Shown: piece by piece, positions 1-8,536 of the stretch
Position numbering within the stretch: position 1 is the stretch's first letter
Layout of the letters: each line of letters begins with the position of its first letter
Origin: Candidatus Zixiibacteriota bacterium
Lineage (GTDB): Bacteria; Zixibacteria; MSB-5A5; CAIYYT01
Length of the DNA stretch: 37,846 bases
Direction of reading: 5' to 3'
Assembly: GCA_040235515.1 (NCBI GenBank)
Contig: JBECKX010000025.1
Span: forward strand, 1-37,846
Made by a program: the position numbers and the translations under genes
The notes under the pieces: model-generated
Databases searched by the model: none
What the model was told of the DNA's origin: nothing
The model's input: only the letters and a program-made list of their open reading frames with translations

Positions 1-899
1 GTATCTGACGGGTAGCGGTCCCAGCGACGATCCCAATCGTGGTCATAGTAGCTATAGTAGCCCCAGTGGTAGTCACGATACCAGTGGGTCCAGCAGTAGT
101 CGTAGACCCAGATCGGGCGCGGATAGACGAAGAAGGGGTCCCAGCGGCTGATCACGATCCAGTCGTTGTAAACGATTGACGTACCCCAGTAGACTGTCAC
201 GCGGTGACGGCCAAGGTAGGCATGCGGCACGTAAAGAGGTGCGTAGCCGTAGAAGACACCATCGACGTAGACTTCGCAGCCGTTCGGGTAGTCGATGTAG
301 ACCTGGCCACAGTCGCCATAGCAGTCTGACTTCTCAGGTTCATAGTAGCTGCTGGGGGCGACATAGAACGACACCTGGTCGTAGGCGGAGTTTTGCGGGA
401 AGAACTTGAAGTTTACGCTTGCGATGAACTCCTGGTTGTCACCGTCGAATTCGACGCCGAGGCGTTCCTTGTCGTAGACATTGACCGGTCCGCGCCACTC
501 CGGCACCGGGAAGTAGTTGCGAGAAGCAATCACCTGCAGGTACTCGTCACCCGGAGGGCCTTCCAGCGTATAGGTATAATCTGCATTGGGGTTGGGGATC
601 ATATAGACCTCCCCGCCCTCGACGTAGTTGTTGTCGCCCGGTTCTTCCGGAAAGATCAGGTTGATATTGCCACGGGTGTCGAGATCGTAGACTACAACGT
701 AGGCATCGTGTGATGCACGGAAGTAGATGTAGATGTCGTCACCTTCGTAATAGTTCGAGCCATCATCTCTATCGGTCCAGATGTCGACTTCGAGATCGTC
801 GTATGCGCGACGCATCGTCGATTGTGCCAGGGCACTCTGGATGCCGATCGCAGTCAGCATCAGTGCCAGCACGCCGCTAAGAATCGTTGTGCGCTTCAT
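1..899 (-). CDS. Secreted DUF4384-like domain protein with a PEGA-like segment and Tyr/Trp/Asp-rich region (3' end runs off the window)
   Basis: Not in the ORF track because it has no stop in the window. Translated by hand from the ATG at 899: MKRTTILSGVLALMLTAIGIQSALAQ (signal peptide), then LEVDIWTDRDDGSNYYEGDDIYIYFRASHDAYVVVYDLDTRGNINLIFP...GPPGDEYLQVIAS (DUF4384-like), then GCEVYVDGVFYGYAPL (PEGA-like). It lies 21 bp downstream of the lipoprotein gene. Confidence 0.8.
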   Translation of the reverse strand, partial: MKRTTILSGVLALMLTAIGIQSALAQSTMRRAYDDLEVDIWTDRDDGSNYYEGDDIYIYFRASHDAYVVVYDLDTRGNINLIFPEEPGDNNYVEGGEVYMIPNPNADYTYTLEGPPGDEYLQVIASRNYFPVPEWRGPVNVYDKERLGVEFDGDNQEFIASVNFKFFPQNSAYDQVSFYVAPSSYYEPEKSDCYGDCGQVYIDYPNGCEVYVDGVFYGYAPLYVPHAYLGRHRVTVYWGTSIVYNDWIVISRWDPFFVYPRPIWVYDYCWTHWYRDYHWGYYSYYDHDWDRRWDRYPSD

Positions 900-920
900 T
901 ATCGCTCACCGTCCCTTCTG

Positions 921-1880
921 CTAATTCGCTCTACGGATTTTCACCGTACGAGAAGGTATAGGGGAAGTTATTTTCGGATCATCTGCGCTCCGCTTCGGAA
1001 CGCGCTTTAATTCAGGGTTGCCGTAATCTTCTTGATAGGCCCACTGGAAAGATACTCTCAATTGAGAGCTGTTAAGGTCCGTCACCCGAACGGTGGCATA
1101 GTAGCCATCGGCAGTGCCCGTTTGACTGTTGATATCACCCATGCGGATGATGTAGCTGTGGTCCTCGATCAACTCGAGCCAGCCCACCTCTGACCAACCG
1201 CCGCCGACTTCACCCCAGCCAACTGCCGTGATGTCGCCGGTGGTGCCATAATCCTGGATATAGACATTGTAGCCATCTCCATTGCCGGCCCAGATGAAGA
1301 ACGCGCCGATCTGGCTGTCCCACTCGAAGAAGATGTCGGAGCGGTTGTCATCCCAATCCCGGAGCTGACGACTCGAGAAATCCCAGCCAAGTCGATTGAG
1401 GTCCTGGCCATTGAGATTCGCTGTTCCGCTACCCTGAGGACGAGGGGTATCGAAGACATCGGCGATTGAGAGTTCAGACTCGCCGTAATCGTTGTAGGCG
1501 TTGACGGCGTAGAAATAGGTTTCTGAGTTTTCTACATCATAGTCATCGTATTCCAGAAACCACTGGTCATCGAAGTCGCTGAAGCGGAAGCGTTCGCTGG
1601 CATCGACGGTAGCCATCAGTTCGTAGACTTCCCGGTTACCATCGTAGCCTGCAAAATAATAAACGCCGTAGCCCTTGGTGATTCCACCATCATTGTTCTC
1701 CGGCCAGATGATCGAGACGACGCCATCGCCGGTGACAGAATAGACGCCGGTCGGGATGGCTGGAACCCGCCTGGCATCCACTATCGTAGTGTTGTCATCA
1801 TCACAGCCGTAGATAAGGGCTGCGCTGAGGATTGCCACGATCGGTAAGATCAGCTTCTTTGACTGCTTCATTATCTTCAT
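921..1880 (-). CDS. Lipoprotein with a fibronectin type III-like domain
   Basis: 319 aa ORF with GAGGAG RBS. Lipobox-like LIYGC after a hydrophobic signal. PAIPTGVYSVTGDGVVSIIW...NSETYFYAVNAYNDYGESELS is FN3-like. Confidence 0.8.
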   Translation of the reverse strand: MKIMKQSKKLILPIVAILSAALIYGCDDDNTTIVDARRVPAIPTGVYSVTGDGVVSIIWPENNDGGITKGYGVYYFAGYDGNREVYELMATVDASERFRFSDFDDQWFLEYDDYDVENSETYFYAVNAYNDYGESELSIADVFDTPRPQGSGTANLNGQDLNRLGWDFSSRQLRDWDDNRSDIFFEWDSQIGAFFIWAGNGDGYNVYIQDYGTTGDITAVGWGEVGGGWSEVGWLELIEDHSYIIRMGDINSQTGTADGYYATVRVTDLNSSQLRVSFQWAYQEDYGNPELKRVPKRSADDPKITSPIPSRTVKIRRAN

Positions 1881-1934
1881 TTTGATATCTCCTCTTCAGA
1901 CCGTGTGTTGAACGGTTATCACGCCCAATGTAAT

Positions 1935-1950
1935 AACAATTGCCGTGCCG
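1935..1950 (-). promoter_or_regulatory. Putative sigma54 -24/-12 promoter for the lipoprotein/DUF4384 operon
   Basis: Minus strand CGGCACGGCAATTGTT versus consensus TGGCACG-N4-TTGC (non-canonical -12, GT). IHF-like site and UAS-like palindrome lie upstream. Confidence 0.6.
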
Positions 1951-1969
1951 AAACTTCGGGAGTGGCAAG

Positions 1970-1994
1970 TAAGGTGCTAATTTACATATAGTTA
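1970..1994. promoter_or_regulatory. IHF-like AT-rich bending site
   Basis: Minus strand TAACTATATGTAAATTAGCACCTTA, ending ~20 bp upstream of the -24 element; mirrored at 2389-2413. Confidence 0.4.
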
Positions 1995-2036
1995 GACAGA
2001 AGCGCGAGGGGAAAACTCGCGGGGAATGGGAGCGAA

Positions 2037-2057
2037 ATCGCACAATAATTGTGCGAT
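2037..2057. promoter_or_regulatory. Palindromic enhancer (UAS) for an NtrC-family sigma54 activator
   Basis: Inverted repeat ATCGCACAAT-A-ATTGTGCGAT with perfect 10 bp arms and a GCAC-N7-GTGC core. Extra GTGCGA half-sites at 2069 and 2083. Confidence 0.6.
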
Positions 2058-2388
2058 CGAAGTGATTGGTGCGACCGGAGTTGTGCGAGGGGGGTGGGGC
2101 TGGGTGGAGAAAACCTCGGCTAGTCCGGTCCCTCCAGTTGACCATCAATCATGTTAAGAGGACTTGTCGCGAGCAACTCTTGCCTCTGTCCACCAGTCTG
2201 GCTGCTCAGGTTCTTTGTTGGGAATCGAGCTGCCGAGAAACTCAACTTCTTCGACTTGAATTCGAAAATACCAGAAATGTTCATAGCCACAGCCCCTAAT
2301 GCAATCGCCCATAGCTTCCCGCACACCCGGAAAAAGGTTCTGACCTGGAAGACTATAGCTACTGGTGTGGCGCTTTAACTGTTCGCTG

Positions 2389-2413
2389 TATCATATTGAT
2401 CTAATACTACTTA
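2389..2413. promoter_or_regulatory. IHF-like AT-rich bending site
   Basis: TATCATATTGATCTAATACTACTTA, ending ~19 bp upstream of the -24 element at 2433. Confidence 0.4.
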
Positions 2414-2431
2414 CCAATCCAGGTCGGCAAT

Positions 2432-2447
2432 TGGCACGGCATTTGAC
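2432..2447 (+). promoter_or_regulatory. Putative sigma54 -24/-12 promoter for the large secreted protein
   Basis: TGGCACGGCATTTGAC: perfect -24 TGGCACG, non-canonical -12 (TTGA). Confidence 0.6.
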
Positions 2448-2710
2448 TTACCACAAAGTGGATGAAACTTTGCAGTAACAAATCCGAACTGTTTGAGCTG
2501 GAGATATCTCCAAATCAGAGTGAGCGGCGGGTCACACCCCGAGTCGGCAAGCCTCATCGGGCCAAGACCCGCCGCAACAAGCTTGGAGCGCTGCGATATA
2601 CCAGCAAGAGATATGCTGGTATGCGATACAGTGGTATGCGGTTCACTAGCATCAGCACTCCCTCGGTGTTTCGTCGGTTCTTGTTTCGAGGAAGTATACC
2701 GACTCGAAAT

Positions 2711-5260
2711 GTGAACCGACGTGGACCACTTCTGCCAGCTCTACAATTCTCCGCACTCGTCCTGACTCTATGCCTGTTGCTCCCCTGCTCCGCTCAGCTC
2801 TGGGCGGAGGACTTCCGGGTCAATGATGACTACACCGGAGCGTACCAGGGTTACAGCCATATCGCGACTGACCTTGATGGCAACTTCGTGGTGAGTTGGT
2901 ACGACAAACGTGCCGGGCAGAATGATATCTTCGTGCAATTTTTCGACCATGTCGGCAACCGGCTCGGCAGCAATCAAATCGTCAACGATGATGCCGCCGG
3001 CGCGGAGCAGCTCAAGCCTTCCCTGATGCGGAGCCAGTCGGGTGAGACCTATGTTGCGTGGCAGGATTACCGGATCACGGGATATCCGTTCAATGGTGAT
3101 ATCTACCTGCAGAAGTTTGACGCCACAAATAATCCGAGCGATGTCAATCAGCGAGTCAACTCAGATTTTGGTACCGGCACACAGGCGTGGCAGGATATAG
3201 CGGTCGCCGACAACGGGATGTTTGTCGTGGTGTGGGAGGATAATCGCAATGGCGGCTATGATGTCTATTTCCAACGCTACAACTCAGACGGATCGAAGGC
3301 GGGCAACAATATCAGGATCAACGACGACACCGGCAATGCGTACCAGCACAACCCCAAAGTCGCGATTGCGGCGGATGGACGATTTATCGTGACCTGGTAT
3401 GACAATCGGTCCGGCAGCGACAATATTATGGCGCAACGCTACAGCGCGACGGGCGCTCCCCAGGGGATCAACTTCCTGGTCAATTCGATCGTGACGGGCA
3501 ACAAGTGTGTCTTCCCTGACATTGCCTGTGATGCCAACGGTAATTTCACGATTGTCTGGATCGACTATCGCAACGGCAGTTATCCCGACAATCCGGATCT
3601 TTACGGCAGGCGCTACAGTGCAAGTGGTACCGCGCTTGGAGCTGAGTTCAAGATCAACAGCGACGGTGGTCAGAAGGCGCAGGCAGAGGTGACGATCGGC
3701 ATGGACTACGCCGGGAACTTCATCACCGCCTGGCGCGATGACCGTGATGGCGACTTTGATATCTATGCGCAGTACTACAATCAATCCGGCGTCAAGGTTG
3801 GGGGGAACTACAAGGTGAACAGTGATGATGGTTCAGCCACGCAGTCGTTCCCGAATGTAACGATGGATGGAATCAACATTTACTATACCTGGACCGATGA
3901 CCGCAACGGCAATTTCGATGTTTATGCAACGATCACAGGGTATGGTGAACCTGCGCTGGTGCTGACACCGAACACTCTCACCTTCTACGGTGAAGCCGGT
4001 AGTGATCCCCCGCTCCCGCAGAAGGTGCAGGTGCGGAATATCGGCTATGGAATATTGTCCTGGAATGCGAGCGAGACGGCAAACTGGCTCACGGTTTCGC
4101 CGGCGAGCGGCGCGGCACCGGATAGTTTTGAGGTAAGCGCGAGCCCTGCCGGTCTGAGTGGCGGAGAGTACACGGCTTATGTCATAGTCAGTGATAACAC
4201 CGGCACCGCCTCTGATTCGATAGAGGTTAGTTTCGAGGTGATTCAACCGCTCTCCAGCTTCTGCGGAGACGCACAGCAGCTTGGTGTCGTTGCACGCATT
4301 GACGGGCAATCCACTACTGCTTCGATTGCCATCGACAACTGTGGGGATGCGGCGCTAAACTGGAGCGTGATGAGTGCCCCGGAGTGGCTGAGTGTGGACT
4401 CAGGCACGGGAACGGATGGAGACTCGCTCAGCGTGAGTCTGGCCGCTGTTCAGGCTGAGGGAGGATATCTCGATACGCTCTGGCTCGCGGCGGCGAACTG
4501 CGACAATTCGCCCCACCCGATTGAAGTAGCCGCGTTGGTACATCCATTCGACTCATTGTGGTTGGAACCTGCGAACCTGTTGCGGGGAGCTTCCACGGAG
4601 ATTCCACTTCACCTGACAAACTATATCCCTACCCGACAGATTGATCTTTCGTTCAGCTGCCAGCCGGGCATGTTGTCGCTTGATTCACTGGAAATCGTTT
4701 CGTCGCAGGGAGAATTCTCGTTCTATTACAACTCGCCGTTGAGCGATACGTTGAATGCACAGATCGATGCAACCACCGCGACAATCTTGTCGGGAGATGA
4801 TGTATTGGCGTTGCTGCATGTCACCGCGCTCGATTCGGCATTCGAGGGCGAGCACACAGTAATGCTCGACGCCACGATTGAGGACACCCTTGGCTTCGTC
4901 ACTTCCCTCTCCGGAAGTGCGGGGACTGTAGAGGTGTCATCCCAGACTGATGTTCGACCGGTCACGGCGGCGGGCTTACCCACTCAACCGTTTCTCCAAC
5001 AGAATTATCCCAACCCCTTCAATCTCAGCACTGAGATTGTCTACGGAATCGAGCGCGGGAGTTATGTCTCGCTGGATGTCTACAACCTGCTGGGGATGCG
5101 CGTGAAAAACCTGCAGCACGGGTATCAGGGCATCGGCACCTACCGGGCGAGCTGGGATGGCAGCGACGATCGCGGCTCCGAGGTGGCTTCCGGTATCTAT
5201 TTCATTCGCATGACCAGCGAGAGCGACTCCTTTGTGGTGAAGGCAATTCTGCTGAAGTAG
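2711..5260 (+). CDS. Large secreted protein: 7-repeat putative beta-propeller, BACON-like Ig domains, cohesin-like domain, C-terminal T9SS/FlgD-type sorting domain
   Basis: ORF track starts at 2462, but the signal peptide (..FSALVLTLCLLLPCSAQLWA) favours GTG 2711. Seven ~58 aa repeats (F/Q-x-V/I-N-D/S..W.D.R.G..D.Y). LSWNASETANWLTVSP is BACON-like. C-terminus LQQNYPNPFN...YNLLG...WDGSDDRGSEVASGIYF...LLK. Confidence 0.85.
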   Translation: MNRRGPLLPALQFSALVLTLCLLLPCSAQLWAEDFRVNDDYTGAYQGYSHIATDLDGNFVVSWYDKRAGQNDIFVQFFDHVGNRLGSNQIVNDDAAGAEQLKPSLMRSQSGETYVAWQDYRITGYPFNGDIYLQKFDATNNPSDVNQRVNSDFGTGTQAWQDIAVADNGMFVVVWEDNRNGGYDVYFQRYNSDGSKAGNNIRINDDTGNAYQHNPKVAIAADGRFIVTWYDNRSGSDNIMAQRYSATGAPQGINFLVNSIVTGNKCVFPDIACDANGNFTIVWIDYRNGSYPDNPDLYGRRYSASGTALGAEFKINSDGGQKAQAEVTIGMDYAGNFITAWRDDRDGDFDIYAQYYNQSGVKVGGNYKVNSDDGSATQSFPNVTMDGINIYYTWTDDRNGNFDVYATITGYGEPALVLTPNTLTFYGEAGSDPPLPQKVQVRNIGYGILSWNASETANWLTVSPASGAAPDSFEVSASPAGLSGGEYTAYVIVSDNTGTASDSIEVSFEVIQPLSSFCGDAQQLGVVARIDGQSTTASIAIDNCGDAALNWSVMSAPEWLSVDSGTGTDGDSLSVSLAAVQAEGGYLDTLWLAAANCDNSPHPIEVAALVHPFDSLWLEPANLLRGASTEIPLHLTNYIPTRQIDLSFSCQPGMLSLDSLEIVSSQGEFSFYYNSPLSDTLNAQIDATTATILSGDDVLALLHVTALDSAFEGEHTVMLDATIEDTLGFVTSLSGSAGTVEVSSQTDVRPVTAAGLPTQPFLQQNYPNPFNLSTEIVYGIERGSYVSLDVYNLLGMRVKNLQHGYQGIGTYRASWDGSDDRGSEVASGIYFIRMTSESDSFVVKAILLK

Positions 5261-5301
5261 AACGCCCTGCCCGAGCGATCGAAAGATCGCGCATTTCCCA
5301 T

Positions 5302-5330
5302 TTCACATATCGCATGACGGGACGTATATT
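5302..5330 (+). promoter_or_regulatory. Putative sigma70 promoter, near-leaderless
   Basis: TTCACA-N17-TATATT ending 8 nt before the ATG at 5339. A GCGATC-GAAA-GATCGC hairpin lies just upstream (5275-5290). Confidence 0.4.
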
Positions 5331-5338
5331 CTCCGGTC

Positions 5339-7573
5339 ATGGCAAAGCGCGTCACAGTAATCACGATCATATTATTGGTTGCTATCGCAGCGACACTTGA
5401 GGCTTATGAGCCGCAGGTGAAGACGCTCGATGGCGGTGCGGTAACGACCTTCATCCAGAACGATGCTACGTTCGGGTTTGACCCGACATTCAGCAGAGTA
5501 GCCGGCGTGGGTATGTATTATCCGGGTGATAGCTATCGCTGGGTGCTCTCCGGTGGCGGTATCTGGGTTGGCGGTTTCCGGGATGGTGAGTGGCGGGTAT
5601 CGGCATCCGGGCTGCGCAGCGACTTTGTGCCGGGACCCTATCCAGATCCGGGTGAATCCTCAGACACACTCTATCCGATTTTCAAGATCAACCAGGGGGA
5701 TGATGCCGGTATTGATGATTACCTGCACTGGCCCATAGCGCATGGTGCACCGGTTAATATTGCAGGACAACCGCTGATTAAGGGAGCGCAGGCGCTATAC
5801 ACAGTGTTCAACGATGCCGACACGGCGGGTCATGTGCTCACCGGGTTCACCGGAACGTTACCACTCGGCATCGAGGTTCGCGCCTACTACTACACTTACG
5901 ATGAACTATACCAGGTCTACGACACGACGCTGGCGCAGGTAATGTTTGTCGACTATGAAGTTATCAACATGACGGATGAGCCGATCGATTCCTGCATCAT
6001 CACGGTTTATGCAGATCCCGACATCGGATTCAGTGAGAACGATCGGGTCGGGTCGATCGACACGCTGCAATCGGTGTATGCCTACAACGAGACCAACGTT
6101 GACTCCGACTACGGGACCTACCCTCCGGTGGTTGGACTGACCCTGTTGCGCAACCGCGCGCTCTCGGGCAATTTCTACTGGTATTGTCCGCGCAGCAGCG
6201 TGCCGTGCGAAGATATTGATACGGTGACAAAGGTGGTGAATGTGATGAAGGGATTGCGGCCGCTGGGCTCGCCGTACTTCGATCCGAATACGTCACTCGT
6301 GACCCGGTTCCCCTACGGTGGCGATCCGGTGGACAGCGTCGGCTGGCTGGTGGAGTCGTCGGAGGATTATCGAATGCTGGTAAGCACGATCCCGCGGACA
6401 CTTGAACCACATGCGAGCTTTTATGCCACGGCAGCGGTGACAGTGGTACAGGGAGATGACGTGAAGGATGGGATCGTCAAGACTCGGGAGTTGCTGGCCA
6501 GGCTGCGTGAGTTCACCGATGCCGGAGGGCTGCGACCAGAATTGAAGGTGGCTGGTGGTGAAGCGGTCAGGATCAGGGGACGAGGTCCGGCAGCGGATGA
6601 CTGGGGCGGTAGATTCCTCGGGGGTGGCGTTGACCGCGCGGAACGCTACTTCGGATTGCCGGAGAGCGGAGCGAAGGAACTGGACGATGTCACGATCAGC
6701 TTCACGAAGAGGGATCAATACAAGGCATTACGCTACCATCGCAGCGGAGATCAGTTCATCTATTCCGGCGGGATGCTTGATGTGCCATTCGAGGCACGAC
6801 GTGGAGAATCCGGTGAGGCTCTGAGAGTGGTTGTCCTCGATAGTGCAGCGACAACCGGAAGTTACCGCGATGGCTACGGCAGACTGCTGCCGCTGGTGAT
6901 CATTGACGAGAGCAGTGCCGCAAGCCCCCCTGCTGCTGGAGAAGCTATCGTACAATTGGGGCAGAAGCTGCTGTATGTGGTGGACTTAAACGAGGAAGCG
7001 AACTACCTGGCCGGGACGACAATCGAGTTGAAGGGTGACGTGATCGGAAGCGATTTTTCGAACGCCGCGGGTGATGGCAGTGCGCAGGTCGGACTGGAGT
7101 CAGCGGCAGCTGACGCTTTTGCTGAATTGGCGATTGAGTTGGGCAACCCCACCCCCTTCTGGCAGGAGATTCATCTGGCGACAACGAATCGGGACGTCGC
7201 GGATGTTATTCCCGCCATGGTGCAATTGCCCCCGAACAGCGAAGCGAGATGTTTTGTGCGCTCGACGGGGGTGGTGGATCAAGCGGTTGTCGCGCAGTTG
7301 CTAATCGAGTCCACTTCCCTCGTGGTGGACACCCTCATACTGAATGTGGAGCTTAATCCACCGAGCAAGCTGATTGCAGGGGACGCGGACGACGACGGCG
7401 TCGTTACGCTTGATGACCTGCTCCAGATGGTAGCGATACTTTACAAGAACGCCCCTATCCAGGTGCCAATTAACAAGTTAGATGCCGACTGCAACGGGGC
7501 TTTCAACCTCACAGATCTGGTGCTGTTCATAAATTACCTCTATCGTGACCTGGAAATCACTTGTCAGCATTAG
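5339..7573 (+). CDS. Secreted protein with a C-terminal type I dockerin domain
   Basis: Signal peptide. GGIWVGG and YADPDIG motifs of a common FCB-type secreted domain. C-terminal duplicated Ca-binding loops GDADDDGVVTLDDL...DADCNGAFNLTDLVLFINYLY. Confidence 0.85.
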   Translation: MAKRVTVITIILLVAIAATLEAYEPQVKTLDGGAVTTFIQNDATFGFDPTFSRVAGVGMYYPGDSYRWVLSGGGIWVGGFRDGEWRVSASGLRSDFVPGPYPDPGESSDTLYPIFKINQGDDAGIDDYLHWPIAHGAPVNIAGQPLIKGAQALYTVFNDADTAGHVLTGFTGTLPLGIEVRAYYYTYDELYQVYDTTLAQVMFVDYEVINMTDEPIDSCIITVYADPDIGFSENDRVGSIDTLQSVYAYNETNVDSDYGTYPPVVGLTLLRNRALSGNFYWYCPRSSVPCEDIDTVTKVVNVMKGLRPLGSPYFDPNTSLVTRFPYGGDPVDSVGWLVESSEDYRMLVSTIPRTLEPHASFYATAAVTVVQGDDVKDGIVKTRELLARLREFTDAGGLRPELKVAGGEAVRIRGRGPAADDWGGRFLGGGVDRAERYFGLPESGAKELDDVTISFTKRDQYKALRYHRSGDQFIYSGGMLDVPFEARRGESGEALRVVVLDSAATTGSYRDGYGRLLPLVIIDESSAASPPAAGEAIVQLGQKLLYVVDLNEEANYLAGTTIELKGDVIGSDFSNAAGDGSAQVGLESAAADAFAELAIELGNPTPFWQEIHLATTNRDVADVIPAMVQLPPNSEARCFVRSTGVVDQAVVAQLLIESTSLVVDTLILNVELNPPSKLIAGDADDDGVVTLDDLLQMVAILYKNAPIQVPINKLDADCNGAFNLTDLVLFINYLYRDLEITCQH

Positions 7574-7594
7574 ATTCGGCGATAAATTGTTTGT

Positions 7595-8419
7595 GTGAAA
7601 CTCAGCACAATACTGGTGGCCATGCTGGTGTTACTGGGCGCAATGACGCTTGCCCCGGTTGCGCTGGCTGATTCAAGCCGCTCTGATACCACCGCATCTC
7701 ATTACAGCCAACCTGGTGCGCTGCATGCAAGCGTGATTCCCGAGGGAACCTACCGCCGGAATCTGCTGATTGGGAATGCCGCATTTGGCACTGCGACCTA
7801 TTTTTATATGGCGAATACCTGGGGCGCGCCGACCGGCAAGTTCCACTTCAAGAATGAGTTCCACGACAATATTGCACTAACGGATGAAGTGAGTCATTTC
7901 TTCGCCGGCTACAAACTGACGCAGGGATTTTCGTGGCTGTTCAAGTCGCTGGGAATGGATGAGCAAGTTGCGCCGAAGTACTCCGCGCTGCAAGCAGCGA
8001 TGCTGCTGACACTGGTTGAGGTACCGCTTGACGCATTCAACCCGACGCAGGGCTTCGGGGCAACAGACCTGGTGGCGGATTATGGCGGCATCGGGCTCGC
8101 ACTTCTGAAGGATAAATACCCGAACAATTTTGATATGAAATTCTCGGTAAAGCACCCACCGTGGCGGTTCGAGAATAAGTTCCTGGCCTCAGATGTCGAG
8201 GAGTTCGACAATTTCATCTGGTGGGCGACTTACAAGCCTAAGTACGCCTGGGTGGGAGTCGGATACAGCGCCAATCATGAACGCATTGAGGTAGAGCCGG
8301 AGTTCTATGTCGGGATCGGCACCACAGCCTATGACTTGCTTCATGTCGTAGCCCCGGGCTTTGCTGACGAGGTGAAATTCCTCGATACCTACTTCATCAA
8401 CTTCCATCGCCGGTTGTGA
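7595..8419 (+). CDS. YfiM/DUF2279-like secreted or outer-membrane protein
   Basis: Signal peptide; W..P.GKFHF, DEVSHFFAGY, VEVPLDAF...GFGATDLVADYGG motifs. Confidence 0.6.
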   Translation: MKLSTILVAMLVLLGAMTLAPVALADSSRSDTTASHYSQPGALHASVIPEGTYRRNLLIGNAAFGTATYFYMANTWGAPTGKFHFKNEFHDNIALTDEVSHFFAGYKLTQGFSWLFKSLGMDEQVAPKYSALQAAMLLTLVEVPLDAFNPTQGFGATDLVADYGGIGLALLKDKYPNNFDMKFSVKHPPWRFENKFLASDVEEFDNFIWWATYKPKYAWVGVGYSANHERIEVEPEFYVGIGTTAYDLLHVVAPGFADEVKFLDTYFINFHRRL

Positions 8420-8536
8420 GTTTCGACCAGTAGTCCGCTTGATCGCCAACTTGCATTGGTATCAGATCGCACCAGGGGGGGTAGTTTCTGCAGGAAGTGA
8501 TTGCGTTGTCACCACAGGCTTGCTGATATTGCATTC

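Noticed and set aside
2066..2378. Short ORFs (68-77 aa) in the divergent regulatory region
   Set aside because: No RBS or motifs, mutually overlapping, and lying between the outward-facing promoters.
2594..2653. 15 bp-period repeats as a CRISPR array
   Set aside because: Too short, degenerate, no spacers and no cas genes.
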